A DNA stretch of 64,000 nucleotides from an uncultured Solirubrobacteraceae bacterium. GTDB lineage: Bacteria; Actinomycetota; Thermoleophilia; Solirubrobacterales; Solirubrobacteraceae. The notes beneath the pieces are model-generated. The model was not told the origin of the DNA and made no database searches. It worked only from the letters and a program-made list of their open reading frames with translations. The stretch is from NCBI GenBank assembly GCA_964588985.1, contig CAZPQW010000001.1, forward strand, positions 224,001 through 288,000, in the 5' to 3' direction. How positions within the stretch are numbered: the stretch's first letter is position 1; each line of letters begins with the position of its first letter. This document shows, piece by piece, positions 19,202-30,079 of the stretch. A program made the position numbers and the translations under genes.

Positions 19202-20224
19202 ATGAGCGCGATCGACACGCGCACCGAGTCGCGGGCAAGCCTGCCGATCGACTACAACAAGCGGCTGATGCTGTTCAGCGGGCGGGCCAACCCGCAGCTG
19301 GCGGTCGACATCGCGGACAAGCTCGAAGTCGACCTCGGGCCGGTGACGCTGAAGACGTTCTCCAACGGCGAGGTGTACTGCCGCTACGAGGAGTCGATCC
19401 GCGGCGCGGACGTGTTCATCGTGCAGTCCACGTGCGGCAACCCGCAGACGGGTGTGACGGCGAACGACTCGCTGATGGAGCTGCTGTTCATGATCGACGC
19501 CGCCGTCGGGGCCTCTGCGCACCGCGTGATCGCGGTCACGCCGTGGTTCGGCTACTCGCGCCAGGACAAGAAGTCCGCGCCGCGCGAGCCGATCTCCGCG
19601 CGGCTCGTGGCGCGCATGATCGAGGCGGCGGGCGCCGATCGCGTGCTCACCATGGACCTCCACGCGGGGCAGATCCAGGGCTTCTTCCAGAAGCCGGTGG
19701 ACCACATGACCTCGCTATTCATGCTGACGCAGTACTTCGCCGACCTCGGCCTGCCCGACCTGGTGGTTGTGGCGCCGGACGCCGGCAGGGTGAAGCTGAA
19801 CAAGAAATTCGCGTCCAAGATCGGCGCCGAGCTGGCGATCCTCGACAAGGAGCGCCCGGCCCAGCAGGTCGCGGAGATCGGCTACGTGATCGGTGACGTG
19901 CGTGGCAAGACGGCGGTGATCGTCGACGACATGATCGACACCGCCGGCACGCTCGCGGCGGCCGCAAAAACCGTCAAGGAAGAGGGCGCCGCGCGCGTCT
20001 ACGCCGCGGCCACCCACGCGGTGTTCTCCGGCAACGCGTTCGAGAACCTCCAGACCGCGGGCTTCGAGGAGATCGTCGTCACCGACACCATTCCCGTCGC
20101 CGCCAAGCGCCCGGACAACGTGCGCGTGCTGCCGTGCGCGGAGCTGTTGACCGACTCGATCCGGCGGATCTTCGTCGACGACTCCGTCAGCGAGGTCTTC
20201 GGCGGCGAGAACCAGCTGTTCTGA
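19202..20224 (+). CDS. prs: Ribose-phosphate pyrophosphokinase
   Basis: YSRQDKK, DLHAGQIQGFF, VDDMIDTAGT. Confidence 0.97.
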   Translation: MSAIDTRTESRASLPIDYNKRLMLFSGRANPQLAVDIADKLEVDLGPVTLKTFSNGEVYCRYEESIRGADVFIVQSTCGNPQTGVTANDSLMELLFMIDAAVGASAHRVIAVTPWFGYSRQDKKSAPREPISARLVARMIEAAGADRVLTMDLHAGQIQGFFQKPVDHMTSLFMLTQYFADLGLPDLVVVAPDAGRVKLNKKFASKIGAELAILDKERPAQQVAEIGYVIGDVRGKTAVIVDDMIDTAGTLAAAAKTVKEEGAARVYAAATHAVFSGNAFENLQTAGFEEIVVTDTIPVAAKRPDNVRVLPCAELLTDSIRRIFVDDSVSEVFGGENQLF

Positions 20225-20664
20225 AACGCGTCGTTCTGATCGCATCGGCCGTGCTGCTGTTCTTCGCGATCAGCGGCGTGCTGGCGCGGTTCCTGTCGAT
20301 GGAGAACGCCGAACGCGACGACGACGAGGCGTTGATCCAGGCGCAGGCGAAGGGAGACGCGAACGCGATGATCTCCCAGCTGAGCGGCTGCCGCGAGAAC
20401 CCCTCGTGTGTGGCGGAAGTGACGGCGCGGGTTCACAACACGCGCCTGGTGCGCCCGGGCAATGTGAAGATCCTCCAGCTGACCTCGCCGACCGCGTATT
20501 CGCTGACCGGATCGACCGGCAGGACGCGCCTCGCGTGGACGGTGATCGGCACCCTGCCGGTGGTGCAGTGCGTGCTCGTCCGCCGCACCGGCAACTTCCT
20601 CACGGGCATCCACGTTTCGCTGCTCTCCGTGAGCGCGCCCATACCGAACGAAGGCGATTGCTAG
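20221..20664 (+). CDS. Hypothetical membrane-anchored/secreted protein, probable CTG start
   Basis: CTGA overlap with prs stop; (M)KRVVLIASAVLLFFAISG signal/TM. Confidence 0.7.
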   Translation: MKRVVLIASAVLLFFAISGVLARFLSMENAERDDDEALIQAQAKGDANAMISQLSGCRENPSCVAEVTARVHNTRLVRPGNVKILQLTSPTAYSLTGSTGRTRLAWTVIGTLPVVQCVLVRRTGNFLTGIHVSLLSVSAPIPNEGDC

Positions 20665-20680
20665 AGTCTCATCTCCCGTC

Positions 20681-21340
20681 ATGGCCAGCACGACTACAAA
20701 GCTCAGTGTCAACAGCCGCTCCGCGGAGGGCTCGCGCAGCGCACGGCGCCTGCGTCGCAGCGGCCGGGTGCCCGGCGTGCTCTACGGCGGCGACGGCGAG
20801 CCGATCGGCTTCGACGCCGACGAGCGCGAGCTGCGCCACGCGCTCGCGGGCTCCGGCGCGGTCCTCGACCTGAGCATCGACGGCGGCAAAGCGACGCCGG
20901 TGGTGCTGAAGGAGTCCCAGCGCGACCCCGTGCGCGGCCAGACCACACACGTAGACCTCCTGCGCGTCAACCTGAACGAGAAGATCCACGCGGTCGTGCC
21001 GATCGAGCTGACCGGCGCGGATGACTCGCCGGGCGTCAAGCAGGGCGGCATCCTCGAGCAGATCACCCGCGAGCTGAACGCCGAAGCGCTGCCGACCGCG
21101 ATCCCCGAGTCGATCCCCCACGACGTGAGCGCGATGGAGATCGGCGAGACGATCCTGCTTTCGGCGCTGACGGTGCCCGAGGGCGTAACGCTGCTCGACG
21201 ACCTCGAGGAGACGGTCGTGGCGACGCTGCTGCCGCCGCGCCTGCAGAGCGACACCGCGGATGAGATCGAAGCCGAGACCGAGCTCGTCGGCGAGGCCAA
21301 GGGCGACGCCGACGCAGGGGACTCCTCTAGCGAGGAGTAG
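20681..21340 (+). CDS. rplY: 50S ribosomal protein bL25/Ctc
   Basis: RRLRRSGRVPGVLYG, HVDLLRV, GVKQGG. Confidence 0.95.
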   Translation: MASTTTKLSVNSRSAEGSRSARRLRRSGRVPGVLYGGDGEPIGFDADERELRHALAGSGAVLDLSIDGGKATPVVLKESQRDPVRGQTTHVDLLRVNLNEKIHAVVPIELTGADDSPGVKQGGILEQITRELNAEALPTAIPESIPHDVSAMEIGETILLSALTVPEGVTLLDDLEETVVATLLPPRLQSDTADEIEAETELVGEAKGDADAGDSSSEE

Positions 21341-21345
21341 AACCG

Positions 21346-21963
21346 CTGCGACGCCCCTTCGGTGGCGGTGGCGGAGCCGTCGACTGGCTGATCGTAGGGC
21401 TGGGCAACCCCGGTCGGGAGTACGCGGGAACGCGGCACAACGTCGGCTTCATGGTGGCGGAAGCCCTTGTGGAGCGATGGGGGCTCGGCAAGGGTAAGGA
21501 CCGCTTTCGCGGTCGCCTCGCGGAAGGTCGCGTGCAGAATGCCTCATCCCCGGGTACTGCCCCACGGGTGGCGGTCCTGTGCCCTCAGACGTTCATGAAC
21601 GACGCCGGACGCTCCGTGGGTCCGGCACGCGGCGCGTTCAAGCTGCCACTTGAGCGCGTGCTCGTGGTGCACGATGAGATCGACCTCCCGTTCGGCGACG
21701 TGCGCACCCGCCTCGGCGGCGGGCTGGCCGGCCACAACGGGCTGAAGTCGCTCAAGCGCGAGCTCGGCAGCCCGGACTTCATGCGCGTGCGGGTCGGCGT
21801 CGGCCGTCCCGACTCGACCGACCCGGAGATCGTCTCCGCATACGTGCTCGGCCGCTTCCGCGAGGATCGCGCCCAGGTGCGGGAGCTGGTGGACCGCGCG
21901 TGCGAGCACGTGGAGCGCGTGGTGCTGGGGCAGGACGACGAACAGCCGCAGGGGGCTGGCTAG
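21346..21963 (+). CDS. pth: Peptidyl-tRNA hydrolase, probable CTG start
   Basis: In-frame upstream of the listed ORF: DWLIVGLGNPGREYAGTRHNVGF; VHDEIDL, GHNGLKS. Confidence 0.93.
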   Translation: MRRPFGGGGGAVDWLIVGLGNPGREYAGTRHNVGFMVAEALVERWGLGKGKDRFRGRLAEGRVQNASSPGTAPRVAVLCPQTFMNDAGRSVGPARGAFKLPLERVLVVHDEIDLPFGDVRTRLGGGLAGHNGLKSLKRELGSPDFMRVRVGVGRPDSTDPEIVSAYVLGRFREDRAQVRELVDRACEHVERVVLGQDDEQPQGAG

Positions 21964-24900
21964 ATGGCGACGAGCACCGGCGCGCTGCGCTCGCTGTTGG
22001 GTCTCGTCCAGGACGACGAGTCGACGCTGAAGCTCGCGCGCGAGGGCGGCCACGCGTTCGTTTCGAGCGCCCTGCGCCCCTACACGATCGCCGCCCTCTC
22101 GGAGATCGACGAGCGGGCGCGTGCGCGCCCCACGCTGGTGGTGGTGGGCGACGACCGTGCGGCCCGCGACATGGCCGCGGACCTGCGCGCGTGGCTCGCG
22201 CCGCGACGCGTGCGCTACTACCCCTCCCGCGGCGTCGCGTACGAGTCGCACCTCGCGCCCCCCGCGCACCTCGTCGGCCTGCGGGTGGCGGCGCTCGACG
22301 CGCTGCTCGGCGCGAGCGATGGGGCGGGTGCGGGTCCGCACGACGGCCAGCCGGTGGTGGTGGTGAGCGCGGTGGCGCTGTCGGAGAAGGTCCCCGACCC
22401 GCAGCTGCGGCCGCACTCGTTCACGCTGCGCGTGGGCGAGCTGCTCGACCTGGAGGAGTGCGCGGCAGAGCTCGTCGGCGCGGGCTACGAGCGCGCCGAC
22501 CAGGTCGAGGAGCGCGGCCAGTTCGCTCTCCGCGGTGGCCTCTTGGACGTGTTCCCCGCGACGGAGGAGCGGGCGGTGCGCGTGGACATGTTCGACGTGG
22601 AGATCGAATCGCTGCGCTGGTTCTCCACGTTCACGCAGCGCTCGCTCGGCGAGGTCGAGGAGGTTGAGATCGCGCCCGCGGCGGAGCTCGCGATCGAGCA
22701 CCGCGAGCTCGCCGAGATCGCAGCCGCGACCGGCGCGTTCACGAAGAGCGAAGGGCAGGACTCCGAGCGCCCGGACATCGCGGAGCTACTGCCCGTGGAG
22801 CGCTTCGGCGCGCTGCTCGACCTCGTGGGCGAGGACGCGCAGCTGATCGTCGCCGCGGAGGAGGAGATCGCACCGGTGCTGAGCGACCATTGGAGCGACG
22901 TGTGCGCTGCGTTCGGCGACGAGGACGCGCACCACCTGTACGTGAGCCCCGAAAGCATCGAGGAGACGCTGTCGCAGCGCACGCGGATCTGGCTCTCGGC
23001 GCTCGCGAGCGGCCAGGAGATCGAGCTGCGCGCGCAGTCCGCGGACACCGCCGCTCGCTCGCTCGCGGAAGCGGAGCCGCAGCTCGAGAAGCTCGTGCGC
23101 TCCGGCTATCGCACGGTGGTGGCGTTCCCGCGCCGCGGCGAGGGCGAGCGCGCCGCGTACAACCTCGGCCGCATGAAAGCGACGTGGCTCGCCGAGGACA
23201 TCGACGCCGGTCACCAGGTCATAGAACCGTCTCTGCGCTTCACCACCGCGTCGCTGCGGGAGGGGTTCGTCGCGCCGCAGCTGAAGCTCGCGGTGTTCCC
23301 CGAGCACAGGCTGCTGCGCCGCCGCCGCGCTCAGCAGGACCCGGGCCCGGCGGGTGGCGGACTGGGGGGCGTGCGCAGGGGCGCTCTGCGCTCGTTCACC
23401 GAGCTGCGCACGGGCGACATCGTGGTGCACGAGGACCACGGCGTGGCGCGCTTCGCGGGCTTCGAGACGCGCACCGTCGCGAACGTCACCCGCGACTACC
23501 TTTACCTGGAATACCAGGGCGACGATCGCGTGTTCGTGCCCACCGACCAGCTGGCGAAGATCTCCCGCTATGTGGGCGCCGGCGGCGATCACCCGCCGCT
23601 GAGCAAACTCGGCGGCACGCGCTGGGACACGATGAAGGCGCGCGCGCGCCGCGCCGCGCAGGAGCTGGCGGGCGAGCTGTTGAGCCTGTACGCGGAGCGC
23701 AAACGCCGCAGCGGCCACGCGTTCGGGCCGGACTCCGACTGGCAGCGCGAGTTCGAGACCCGCTTCCCGTTCACCGAGACCGCCGACCAGCGCGACGCGA
23801 TCGAGCTGGTGAAGGCGGACATGGAAGCGCCGCGGCCGATGGACCGGCTGGTGTGCGGCGACGTGGGCTACGGCAAGACGGAGGTGGCGCTGCGCGCGGC
23901 GTTCAAGTCCGCGGAGGCGGGCAAGCAGGTGCTGATGCTCGTGCCCACCACGATCCTCGCCCAGCAGCACTACGGCACGTTCGCCGAGCGCCTCGCCGAC
24001 TACCCGTTCACGCTCGAGCACGTGTCGCGCTTTCGCACCGCCGCCGAGCAGAAAGAGGCGATCAAGGGGTTCGCGGACGGCCGCGTGGACATCCTCGTGG
24101 GCACCCACCGCGTGCTCTCCAAAGACGTCCGCGCGAAGGACCTCGGCCTGTTGATCGTGGACGAGGAGCAGCGTTTCGGGGTCAAGCAGAAGGAGCTGTT
24201 GCGCCAGATGAAGCTGAAGGTGGACGTGATCGCGATGTCCGCCACGCCGATCCCGCGCACGCTGCAGATGTCGCTCGCGGGGCTGCGCGACATCTCCGTG
24301 ATCGAGACCCCGCCGGAAGGCCGCCGGCCGGTGAAGACGTACGTGGGAGAGTACGAGGAGGAGCTGGTCAAGCGCGCGATCGAGCGCGAGCGCGAGCGCG
24401 ACGGGCAGGCGTTCTTCCTGCACAACCGCGTGGAGTCGATCGAGGAGACCGCCGAGCGCCTGCGCGCGCTCTGCCCAGGGGTGCGTTTCGCGGTCGCGCA
24501 CGGGCAGATGGGCGAGGGCGAGCTGGAGGCGGTGATGATGGACTACCTGCGCGGCGGCGCGGACGTGCTGGTGTGCACGTCGATCATCGAGTCCGGCATC
24601 GACATCCCGCAGGCGAACACGCTGATCGTGGAGCACGCGGACGCGTTCGGCCTCGCCCAGCTCTACCAGATCCGCGGGCGCGTGGGCCGCAGCCGCGAGC
24701 GTGCGTACGCGTACCTTCTGTATGACTCCGCGGCGGCGCTCACGCCCGAGGCCGCGCAGCGGCTGTCGGCGCTCTCGGATCACACCGAGCTGGGCGCGGG
24801 CTTCAAGATCGCGATGCGCGACCTGGAGATCCGCGGCGCGGGCAACCTGCTCGGCGACGAGCAGTCGGGGCACGTGGCGGCGCTCGGCTTCGAGCTGTAC

Positions 24901-25407
24901 ATGCAGATGCTCGACGAGGCGGTCAAAGCGGCCGAGCCGGAGATCGAGGGCGAGACGCTGCCCGAGCCGGTGCGACTCGACGTGAACGTCGACGCGTACG
25001 TACCCGCCGACTACGTCCCCTACGAGCAGGCCAAGATCGAGATCCACCGTCGCGTCGCCGGCGCGCTCGAGGTGGCCGACGTGGAACGCCTGCGCGAGGA
25101 GCTAGAGGACCGCTTCGGCGAGCTGCCCGAGCCGGTTCAGAACATGCTCGCGCTGCAGCGCGCGCGCATCAAGTTCGGCGAGGCGGGCGCGCGCACGGTG
25201 AGCTTCCACGGCGACCGGCTGACGGTCGTCCCGATCGAGCTCGACTCGACGCGTGCGAAGAGATTGCGCGAACAGCTGCCGGGCGCTTTGTATGAATCGA
25301 GCCGCTCACAGGTGTCGATGCGCGTTCCAAAGGACGGGACCGAGCGCTTCCCCAGTGTCGTGGCCGCGGCGGACGCGCTGCTGGCGATCGTGCGCGAGGC
25401 CGCGTGA
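21964..25407 (+). CDS. mfd: Transcription-repair coupling factor
   Basis: CarD/RID VVHEDHGV, CGDVGYGKTEVA, DEEQRFG, QIRGRVGRS, TRCF C-terminus. Confidence 0.97.
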   Translation: MATSTGALRSLLGLVQDDESTLKLAREGGHAFVSSALRPYTIAALSEIDERARARPTLVVVGDDRAARDMAADLRAWLAPRRVRYYPSRGVAYESHLAPPAHLVGLRVAALDALLGASDGAGAGPHDGQPVVVVSAVALSEKVPDPQLRPHSFTLRVGELLDLEECAAELVGAGYERADQVEERGQFALRGGLLDVFPATEERAVRVDMFDVEIESLRWFSTFTQRSLGEVEEVEIAPAAELAIEHRELAEIAAATGAFTKSEGQDSERPDIAELLPVERFGALLDLVGEDAQLIVAAEEEIAPVLSDHWSDVCAAFGDEDAHHLYVSPESIEETLSQRTRIWLSALASGQEIELRAQSADTAARSLAEAEPQLEKLVRSGYRTVVAFPRRGEGERAAYNLGRMKATWLAEDIDAGHQVIEPSLRFTTASLREGFVAPQLKLAVFPEHRLLRRRRAQQDPGPAGGGLGGVRRGALRSFTELRTGDIVVHEDHGVARFAGFETRTVANVTRDYLYLEYQGDDRVFVPTDQLAKISRYVGAGGDHPPLSKLGGTRWDTMKARARRAAQELAGELLSLYAERKRRSGHAFGPDSDWQREFETRFPFTETADQRDAIELVKADMEAPRPMDRLVCGDVGYGKTEVALRAAFKSAEAGKQVLMLVPTTILAQQHYGTFAERLADYPFTLEHVSRFRTAAEQKEAIKGFADGRVDILVGTHRVLSKDVRAKDLGLLIVDEEQRFGVKQKELLRQMKLKVDVIAMSATPIPRTLQMSLAGLRDISVIETPPEGRRPVKTYVGEYEEELVKRAIERERERDGQAFFLHNRVESIEETAERLRALCPGVRFAVAHGQMGEGELEAVMMDYLRGGADVLVCTSIIESGIDIPQANTLIVEHADAFGLAQLYQIRGRVGRSRERAYAYLLYDSAAALTPEAAQRLSALSDHTELGAGFKIAMRDLEIRGAGNLLGDEQSGHVAALGFELYMQMLDEAVKAAEPEIEGETLPEPVRLDVNVDAYVPADYVPYEQAKIEIHRRVAGALEVADVERLREELEDRFGELPEPVQNMLALQRARIKFGEAGARTVSFHGDRLTVVPIELDSTRAKRLREQLPGALYESSRSQVSMRVPKDGTERFPSVVAAADALLAIVREAA

Positions 25408-25466
25408 GCGGCACTTAGGAACTCGTTAAGCACGACTTCGCAGCTTTCCGCTAGAGTGCCCGCGTC

Positions 25467-26612
25467 GTGACCAAGTCCCTCCGTTTCCTCTCGGCGCTAG
25501 GCGCCGTTTTGTTTGCCCTCGTGGGTCTCTCCGCGTGCGGTGGCGGCATCCCCGGCGACGCCGTCGTGCAGGTCGGCGGCAAGTCGATCACCAAGACGAC
25601 GTTCAACCACTGGATGCAGGTGGCCTCGGCGTCGACGGCGGCGAGCGGCGGCAAGCCCGTCGTGCCGGAACCGCCAAGTTACTCGGCCTGCATCGCACAC
25701 CTCGCGGCGACCGCTCCGAAGCCGGCGAAGGGGCAGAAAGCTCCCACCACCGCACAGCTCAAGACTCAGTGCGAACAGCAGTACAAATCTTTGCAGCAGC
25801 AGGTGCTCGGTTTCCTGATTTCCTCCCAGTGGGTCATCGGCGAAGCTTCCTCGCTGGGAGTGAAGCTCACGGATGCCGAAGTCCGCAAGCAGTTCCTGAA
25901 AATCAAGAACCAGCAGTTCCCCAAGGCTGCCGAATTCGAAAAATTCCTGGCCACGTCAGGTCAGACCGTCTCGGATCTGCTGCTCCGCATCAAGGCCGTC
26001 TCGCTGCTGCCGCAGAAAATCGAGGCGAAGATCGTGAAGGACAAGGGCAAGGTCACCGAATCTCAGATCGCCCAGTACTACGAAAAGAACAAGTCGCGCT
26101 TCGGAACACCGGAAAAGCGCAGCGTTCAGATCATCCTCACGAAAACCGAAGCGGCGGCGAAGAGCGCGAAGAAGGAAGTCGAATCGGGTAAGAGCTTCGC
26201 GAGCGTGGCCAAAAAGGTATCGATCGATCCGACGAGCAAGGCGAAGGGCGGCCTGCTGCCGGAAGTGATCAAAGGCGAGGAGGAGAAAGCCCTCGACGCG
26301 GCTATCTTCTCCGCTTCGAAGAACGCCCTGAGCGGACCTATCAAGACCCCGTTCGGCTTCTACGTGTTCGAAGTGAAGGGCATCACCGCCGGCCAGCAGC
26401 AGCCGCTGTCGAAGGTGAAAGCCTCGATCAAGCAGCAGCTCACAGCCACCCAGCAGCAGACGGCGCTGACTAGTTTCGTGAAGGCGTTCAAGAAGAAGTG
26501 GACCGCCAAAACCGACTGCCGCGCTGGCTACGTCGTGACCGACTGCAAGCAGTACAAAGCCCCGAAGACGGCTAAAGGCGCGTCTTCGACGGGCACGACC
26601 GAAGCCGGCTAG
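25467..26612 (+). CDS. PrsA/SurA-like peptidyl-prolyl isomerase lipoprotein
   Basis: Lipobox LSAC; parvulin motifs SFASVAKKVSID, GPIKTPFGFYV. Confidence 0.85.
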   Translation: MTKSLRFLSALGAVLFALVGLSACGGGIPGDAVVQVGGKSITKTTFNHWMQVASASTAASGGKPVVPEPPSYSACIAHLAATAPKPAKGQKAPTTAQLKTQCEQQYKSLQQQVLGFLISSQWVIGEASSLGVKLTDAEVRKQFLKIKNQQFPKAAEFEKFLATSGQTVSDLLLRIKAVSLLPQKIEAKIVKDKGKVTESQIAQYYEKNKSRFGTPEKRSVQIILTKTEAAAKSAKKEVESGKSFASVAKKVSIDPTSKAKGGLLPEVIKGEEEKALDAAIFSASKNALSGPIKTPFGFYVFEVKGITAGQQQPLSKVKASIKQQLTATQQQTALTSFVKAFKKKWTAKTDCRAGYVVTDCKQYKAPKTAKGASSTGTTEAG

Positions 26613-26659
26613 AGCGTCGTCCGCTACGCCGGCGTCGACGAAGTGGAAGGATCCGCTGA

Positions 26660-27937
<1,278 letters not shown>

Positions 27938-27994
27938 CAATCACGCGGCACCCACCGGCAGGAGGTTCGCGCCGGTGCGCGAATCGATCAGTGG

Positions 27995-28360
27995 ATGCCA
28001 GCCGCCTCAGCAGCAGCCCCGCGCGGCAAGCGCGCCCCCCGCTCGCGCTCCAACGCCCCCCCGGCTGCTCGCGTCGGAGCGAGGATACGCTGGGACCGGC
28101 TCGGGAAGGCGGCGATGCTGTGCGTGTCGGTCGCGCTCGTGTACCTGTATCTCAGCGCCGGCATCCACATGCTCTCCACCTGGCGTCAGTCCCGTCACGA
28201 CAGCGCTGTGGTGGCGACGATGCGCCACGAACATGCGCTGCTTCTGCGCCAGCACGAACTCCTGAGCAAGCAGGCGACGCTCGAAGCGGAGGCGCGCCAG
28301 CTGGGGATGATGAAGAAAGGCGAGCAGCCATACATGGTCGGCTCGCTGCCCGACAACTGA
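27995..28360 (+). CDS. Septum formation initiator FtsB/DivIC family
   Basis: TM + coiled coil + EAEARQLGMMKKGEQPY; follows eno. Confidence 0.8.
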   Translation: MPAASAAAPRGKRAPRSRSNAPPAARVGARIRWDRLGKAAMLCVSVALVYLYLSAGIHMLSTWRQSRHDSAVVATMRHEHALLLRQHELLSKQATLEAEARQLGMMKKGEQPYMVGSLPDN

Positions 28361-28407
28361 GCGGGAACGCCGCCGCCGTGCGGGGCGCTGCTAGCCTCGC
28401 CGAGCGA

Positions 28408-28731
28408 GTGTCCTTCGAGAACGCGATCTACCAGTGGCAGCAGGGCGAGCGTCGCCTGCAGCGGGCTCCGTCGGAGCGTGTGCAGCTGCTGGAGCGGGTG
28501 ATCGACTCGATCGTGGCGGAATTGCGCAGGCGCCTCGGCGGTCGCTTCTCGGCGGCGGAGCTCGTCGAGCTGTACGGCGCGGGGACCGGCTGGTGCCTGC
28601 AGGTGGCGATGAAGCTCGCCCCGGCGGATCCGTGGGCGTGGGAGGCCGGCCTGGTGGCCGACGCGGCGTTTGGACGCTACCTGCGCGAGGCGAGCGACTA
28701 CGCAGGCGGGAGACTCGAGATCGGGACTTAG
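28408..28731 (+). CDS. Hypothetical protein
   Basis: GTG start, (M)SFENAIYQWQQGERRL...ELRRRLGGRFS...YLREASDYAGG. Confidence 0.7.
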   Translation: MSFENAIYQWQQGERRLQRAPSERVQLLERVIDSIVAELRRRLGGRFSAAELVELYGAGTGWCLQVAMKLAPADPWAWEAGLVADAAFGRYLREASDYAGGRLEIGT

Positions 28732-28750
28732 CGCCGCCCCAGTGGTGCTG

Positions 28751-29308
28751 CTAGTCGGTCGACTCGTCCTCGCCTGTGCGCCGGATCACGATGCGATCCT
28801 CTTCGACCGTGACCTCGACCGGCCGGTGACCGGCCCAGTGCTCGGCGTAGATCGGGTTGTCCTGGATGGCGGGGTCTAGCCACAGCCCGTAGCCCTCCTC
28901 GCCGTGGTCGAACGTGCCCTCGAGCGGCCCCGTGTTGGCGCCACCTGAGCGGCGACCACGCCCGCCACGACGGCTGCGACGACGGGGTTTGGCCTCTGCG
29001 GGCTCCTCGGCGTCCTCCCCGGCCTCCTCAGCCTCTGCGCGAGCGCGCTCAGCCTCGGCTTCTGCCGCTTCGAGCTCGGCCGCGATCAGCGCGTCGTCCT
29101 CGGCCCGGAGGTCGATCTCCTCGGGGTAGTCGTTCGTGCCCGCGCCCTCGGGCGACTCCTCGTCGCTGACGAGCTCGTTCTGGCGCTTGAACTGCTCGAT
29201 GTCACGGACCGTGACCTCGAGCTGGTGGGCGACCCAGGCGTCGGTGCGACCCTGGCGGACCCAGGCGCGAATTTGGTTGAGATGCGGGCGCAATGATTTA
29301 CGGGGCAT
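28751..29308 (-). CDS. Hypothetical protein (HTH-like N-terminus, acidic linker, AbrB-like C-terminus)
   Basis: RQGRTDAWVAHQLEV; C-terminal VEVTVEEDRIVIRR. Confidence 0.7.
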   Translation of the reverse strand: MPRKSLRPHLNQIRAWVRQGRTDAWVAHQLEVTVRDIEQFKRQNELVSDEESPEGAGTNDYPEEIDLRAEDDALIAAELEAAEAEAERARAEAEEAGEDAEEPAEAKPRRRSRRGGRGRRSGGANTGPLEGTFDHGEEGYGLWLDPAIQDNPIYAEHWAGHRPVEVTVEEDRIVIRRTGEDESTD

Positions 29309-29512
29309 GAACGGTCCGGGAGACTAGCGTAAAGCGCCCCGGCGGGGACGCGGTGGTTCCAGGGCATAGCGCTCGCGGGGGTTGAGGGTGCGTGCAAGTA
29401 CTTATTTAGGATCGATCGGTATCGCGTTCCCCCGGTCCTGTGACTATGCTTGGCACACCGGCGGTGGGGGCTAGCGCCGGGTCGCCAATCGGCAAGAGGA
29501 AAGGTGCACCCA

Positions 29513-29767
29513 ATGCTGGTTCTGACACGCAAGTCCAACCAGAGCATCATGATCGGGGATGAGATCGAGGTCTCGGTCCTGTCGGTCATGGGCGAGAAGG
29601 TGCGGATTGGCATTCAGGCGCCCCAGAAGGTTCCGGTGTTCCGTAAGGAGATCTACCTCGAGATACACCGTGAAACGGGCGCTGTGACGGTCAGCGAAGA
29701 CGGCCACGCGGGCGAGCACGCGGCGAAGGTGGACGAGTCGCTGCATCAGCTCGGCGACAGCGCCTGA
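29513..29767 (+). CDS. csrA: Carbon storage regulator CsrA
   Basis: MLVLTRKSNQSIMIGDEIEVSVL...VRIGIQAP...VFRKEIY. Confidence 0.95.
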   Translation: MLVLTRKSNQSIMIGDEIEVSVLSVMGEKVRIGIQAPQKVPVFRKEIYLEIHRETGAVTVSEDGHAGEHAAKVDESLHQLGDSA

Positions 29768-29818
29768 CGCGCCCACAGCGGCGCCTGACGCGCCGCGGCG
29801 ACACCCCGGCGGAGGCCT

Positions 29819-30067
29819 TCAGCCGAGCAGCAGGTAGAGGGTGCGAAACATCACCACGGTGACGATCACCGCGGTCATGATCAGCGTGAGGACGAGTAGT
29901 CCGAAACGTACAGAGCCACGCTTGTGCCGCTTGTCGACCTCGCGCTTGAGCGCGCGCTGCTCGGCGGTGCGCTTGAGCGATGCCCGCCGATGACGGTCGA
30001 GCGAGATCTCCTTGACGAACGCCTTCTCCCAGTCGGCAAGGCTCTGGCGCATTTTCATGGCGCTCAC
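29819..30067 (-). CDS. Small hypothetical membrane protein
   Basis: Basic helix followed by C-terminal TM helix. Confidence 0.65.
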   Translation of the reverse strand: MSAMKMRQSLADWEKAFVKEISLDRHRRASLKRTAEQRALKREVDKRHKRGSVRFGLLVLTLIMTAVIVTVVMFRTLYLLLG

Positions 30068-30079
30068 GCCGATTGACGT

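Noticed and set aside
25467-26612. A-richer composition of the PrsA-like gene as a sign of horizontal transfer
   Set aside because: Explained by a Lys/Gln-rich protein; the gene sits in the usual mfd-eno context
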